DNA of 64,000 nucleotides from Octopus bimaculoides. Its lineage: Eukaryota. The stretch lies in contig NC_068993.1 in NCBI RefSeq assembly GCF_001194135.2, forward strand, positions 12,880,323 through 12,944,322, in the 5' to 3' direction. The position numbers and the translations under genes were made by a program. Position 1 is the first letter of the stretch. Each line of letters starts with the position of its first letter. This document shows positions 62,046 through 64,000 of this stretch, in pieces. The notes under the pieces were generated by a model, which did not search any database, had not been told where the DNA came from, and was given only the letters and a program-made list of their open reading frames with translations.

Positions 62046-63114
62046 CACTACGTCTTTTGTTCTATAACAGTTTTCCTTCATTTAGCGTCAATCTAATAAT
62101 ATTAACTCTGAACACCGCTTGGATTTTACTGTAATAATTTTATTTAATTCTTGTTATTTATTTCGGTTCACCAATGGAATCAACGATGGGAAATATTTCA
62201 GTCCTGATTGTACAATCTTTAACTCAGTCATCGTGTATCTATTCACTAATATTAATCCATATACCCTATATGTTTTAGATAATAGCGTGTAATTTCAAAG
62301 GCGATTAATTGTTACATCTAATATCTTGATTTATCATGCAGACGATTTCATTGACTCACAATATTGGGTAGACGAACACTTGTTACTGTTGTCTACGCCA
62401 TGCATTTACTGATCGAGTTGCTCTGTAATGAAAGATGTTAGGGTCGTATTTTCCATTATTTCTTTTTCAGAAACTACGTATTTAGGACTATATTTGAGGG
62501 AGATTTGAGTGCTAATTTTAGTATGTCAAGCTAACACACCAACATTACCCCATTGGCTCACAGTATTATGTAGTAATATAACGTTGATATTGTTTCGGCC
62601 GATCAATTTCCTAATTGATTAAACTTAAGTAGAAAGACACTTCAGTCGTGACGCAACATTCAGATTTATATCGTTTTTTTCAGTGTACATCTAGAACAAA
62701 ATTTGAGGGCGATTTCATTGCTATTTTCTGTACCACTATTTATCAAGCAGTTGTTCTTTCTTTACATCTCAATATCGTGCAAATGTGCAGTTGTGATATT
62801 CAAACCAAAGAAAATTTATAGTTGTGATACTAGGTTATAATTATGTCATACTGATCTTCGATATTCAGAGTCTCTACAAGAGCACATGATCCGTCTATAA
62901 ATGTAAAATATAAAAATAGAACATAGACAAAAATAGAAACATCTTGAGGTCATCGTTTCGGTGAGTAAAATCTCACGTTTTGGATAAAGTTGGTCACTGT
63001 GAATTCAAATGAGTCCAAATGATATATAGTTAAAACATATGTCTGTGGCTATTTTCAGATTAACACTAAAAGAAAACAAATATGATCAATAGTGTTCCAA
63101 TTATGAATATACTA

Positions 63115-63190
63115 TCTCGCTATCTCGTGATGTATCTTGGAATATTCAAAAGCGATATCTCATGATGTATCTTAGAATATTCGAAGCGTC
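63115..63190. repeat. Short tandem duplication (~34 bp x2)
   Basis: TATCTCGTGATGTATCTTGGAATATTCAAAAGCG / TATCTCATGATGTATCTTAGAATATTCGAAGCG. Confidence 0.8.
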
Positions 63191-63747
63191 TTTTTCCTAT
63201 ATTAAAGACACTACTATGTAATATAAGAAAGATTTGGATGCCAAATGTAGAAGATGGAAGTCGCATATACGTACAATCTGAATAGTTAGAATAATCTATG
63301 GTATGAAAACAAAAAAAAAATGATGACGACGAATAAATGGAGTTGTCAGAGCGCCGTATATAGAATACATTGTAGTGTTTTTCTAGTTCTAGGCATTGTG
63401 AGTTTCAAATCATCCAGAGTTCAGTATTGACTTCTGTCTCGCCGGACCTGATAAATAAAATATCAGCAGAAGTTTGGTGTAGATTATTCTTTCTTCTTTG
63501 TCTCTTTCTCACTACATGTCAACTTGGCTCTCTATATCTCTCCTTCTCACTCTCTCTCTCTCTCTCACACACACACACTCACTCACACACACACACACAC
63601 ATACGTGCGCGCACAGACACCCCCCCGACATAAGCATGTATGCATTATTTATGCATCTCTGAATGTGTATGTATATTCTTCCATCCTATATAAACTTATC
63701 CAACAAAAATACACAAACACTTTTACGTGCATGCATATCTCTCTCTG

Positions 63748-63804
<57 letters not shown>

Positions 63805-64000
63805 NNNNNNNNNNNNNNNNNNNNNNNNNNNNNNNNNNNNNNNNNNNNNNNNNNNNNNNNNNNNNNNNNNNNNNNNNNNNNNNNNNNNNNNNNNNNNNNN
63901 NNNNNNNNNNNNNNNNNNNNNATATATATATATCCATCCACAAAAATACTTATACACATACATACAGTGTAGTTCAACATACAGACGCATTCCTCACGCA

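Overview
AT-rich, repeat-dense eukaryotic DNA from a gapped short-read assembly (15 N-runs, most flanked by (TA)n/(CA)n/(CT)n microsatellites). The SINE families and microsatellite load look like an octopus (coleoid cephalopod) genome; this is inferred from recalled repeat sequences, not from a search. I find no convincing host protein-coding exon: almost all long ORFs in the track are microsatellite or N-run artefacts, so the window is probably intergenic or inside a very large intron. Recognisable content: four tRNA-derived SINE families (labelled A-D here, >25 copies, several with clear TSDs), two solo LTRs of one family, decayed Tc1/mariner (DD34D-type and maT/DD37D-type) transposase remnants, a hAT-type MITE, and fragments of Penelope-like, RTE-like and RLE-type (HERO/NeSL-like) retroelements. 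Most worth following up: (1) a branch point + polypyrimidine + CAG|GTAAGT site at 52464 with a second donor 46 nt downstream, the architecture of a recursive splice site with a cryptic RS-exon; (2) a 206-codon minus-strand frame with one internal stop (33042-33659), of unknown origin and cut by a solo LTR; (3) minimal hammerhead-ribozyme-like motifs with a non-canonical U at core position 6; (4) a solo LTR carrying ETS-like motifs, a TATA-like box and a consensus splice donor upstream of the 52464 acceptor. All family names and functional claims are by-eye and need computational confirmation.
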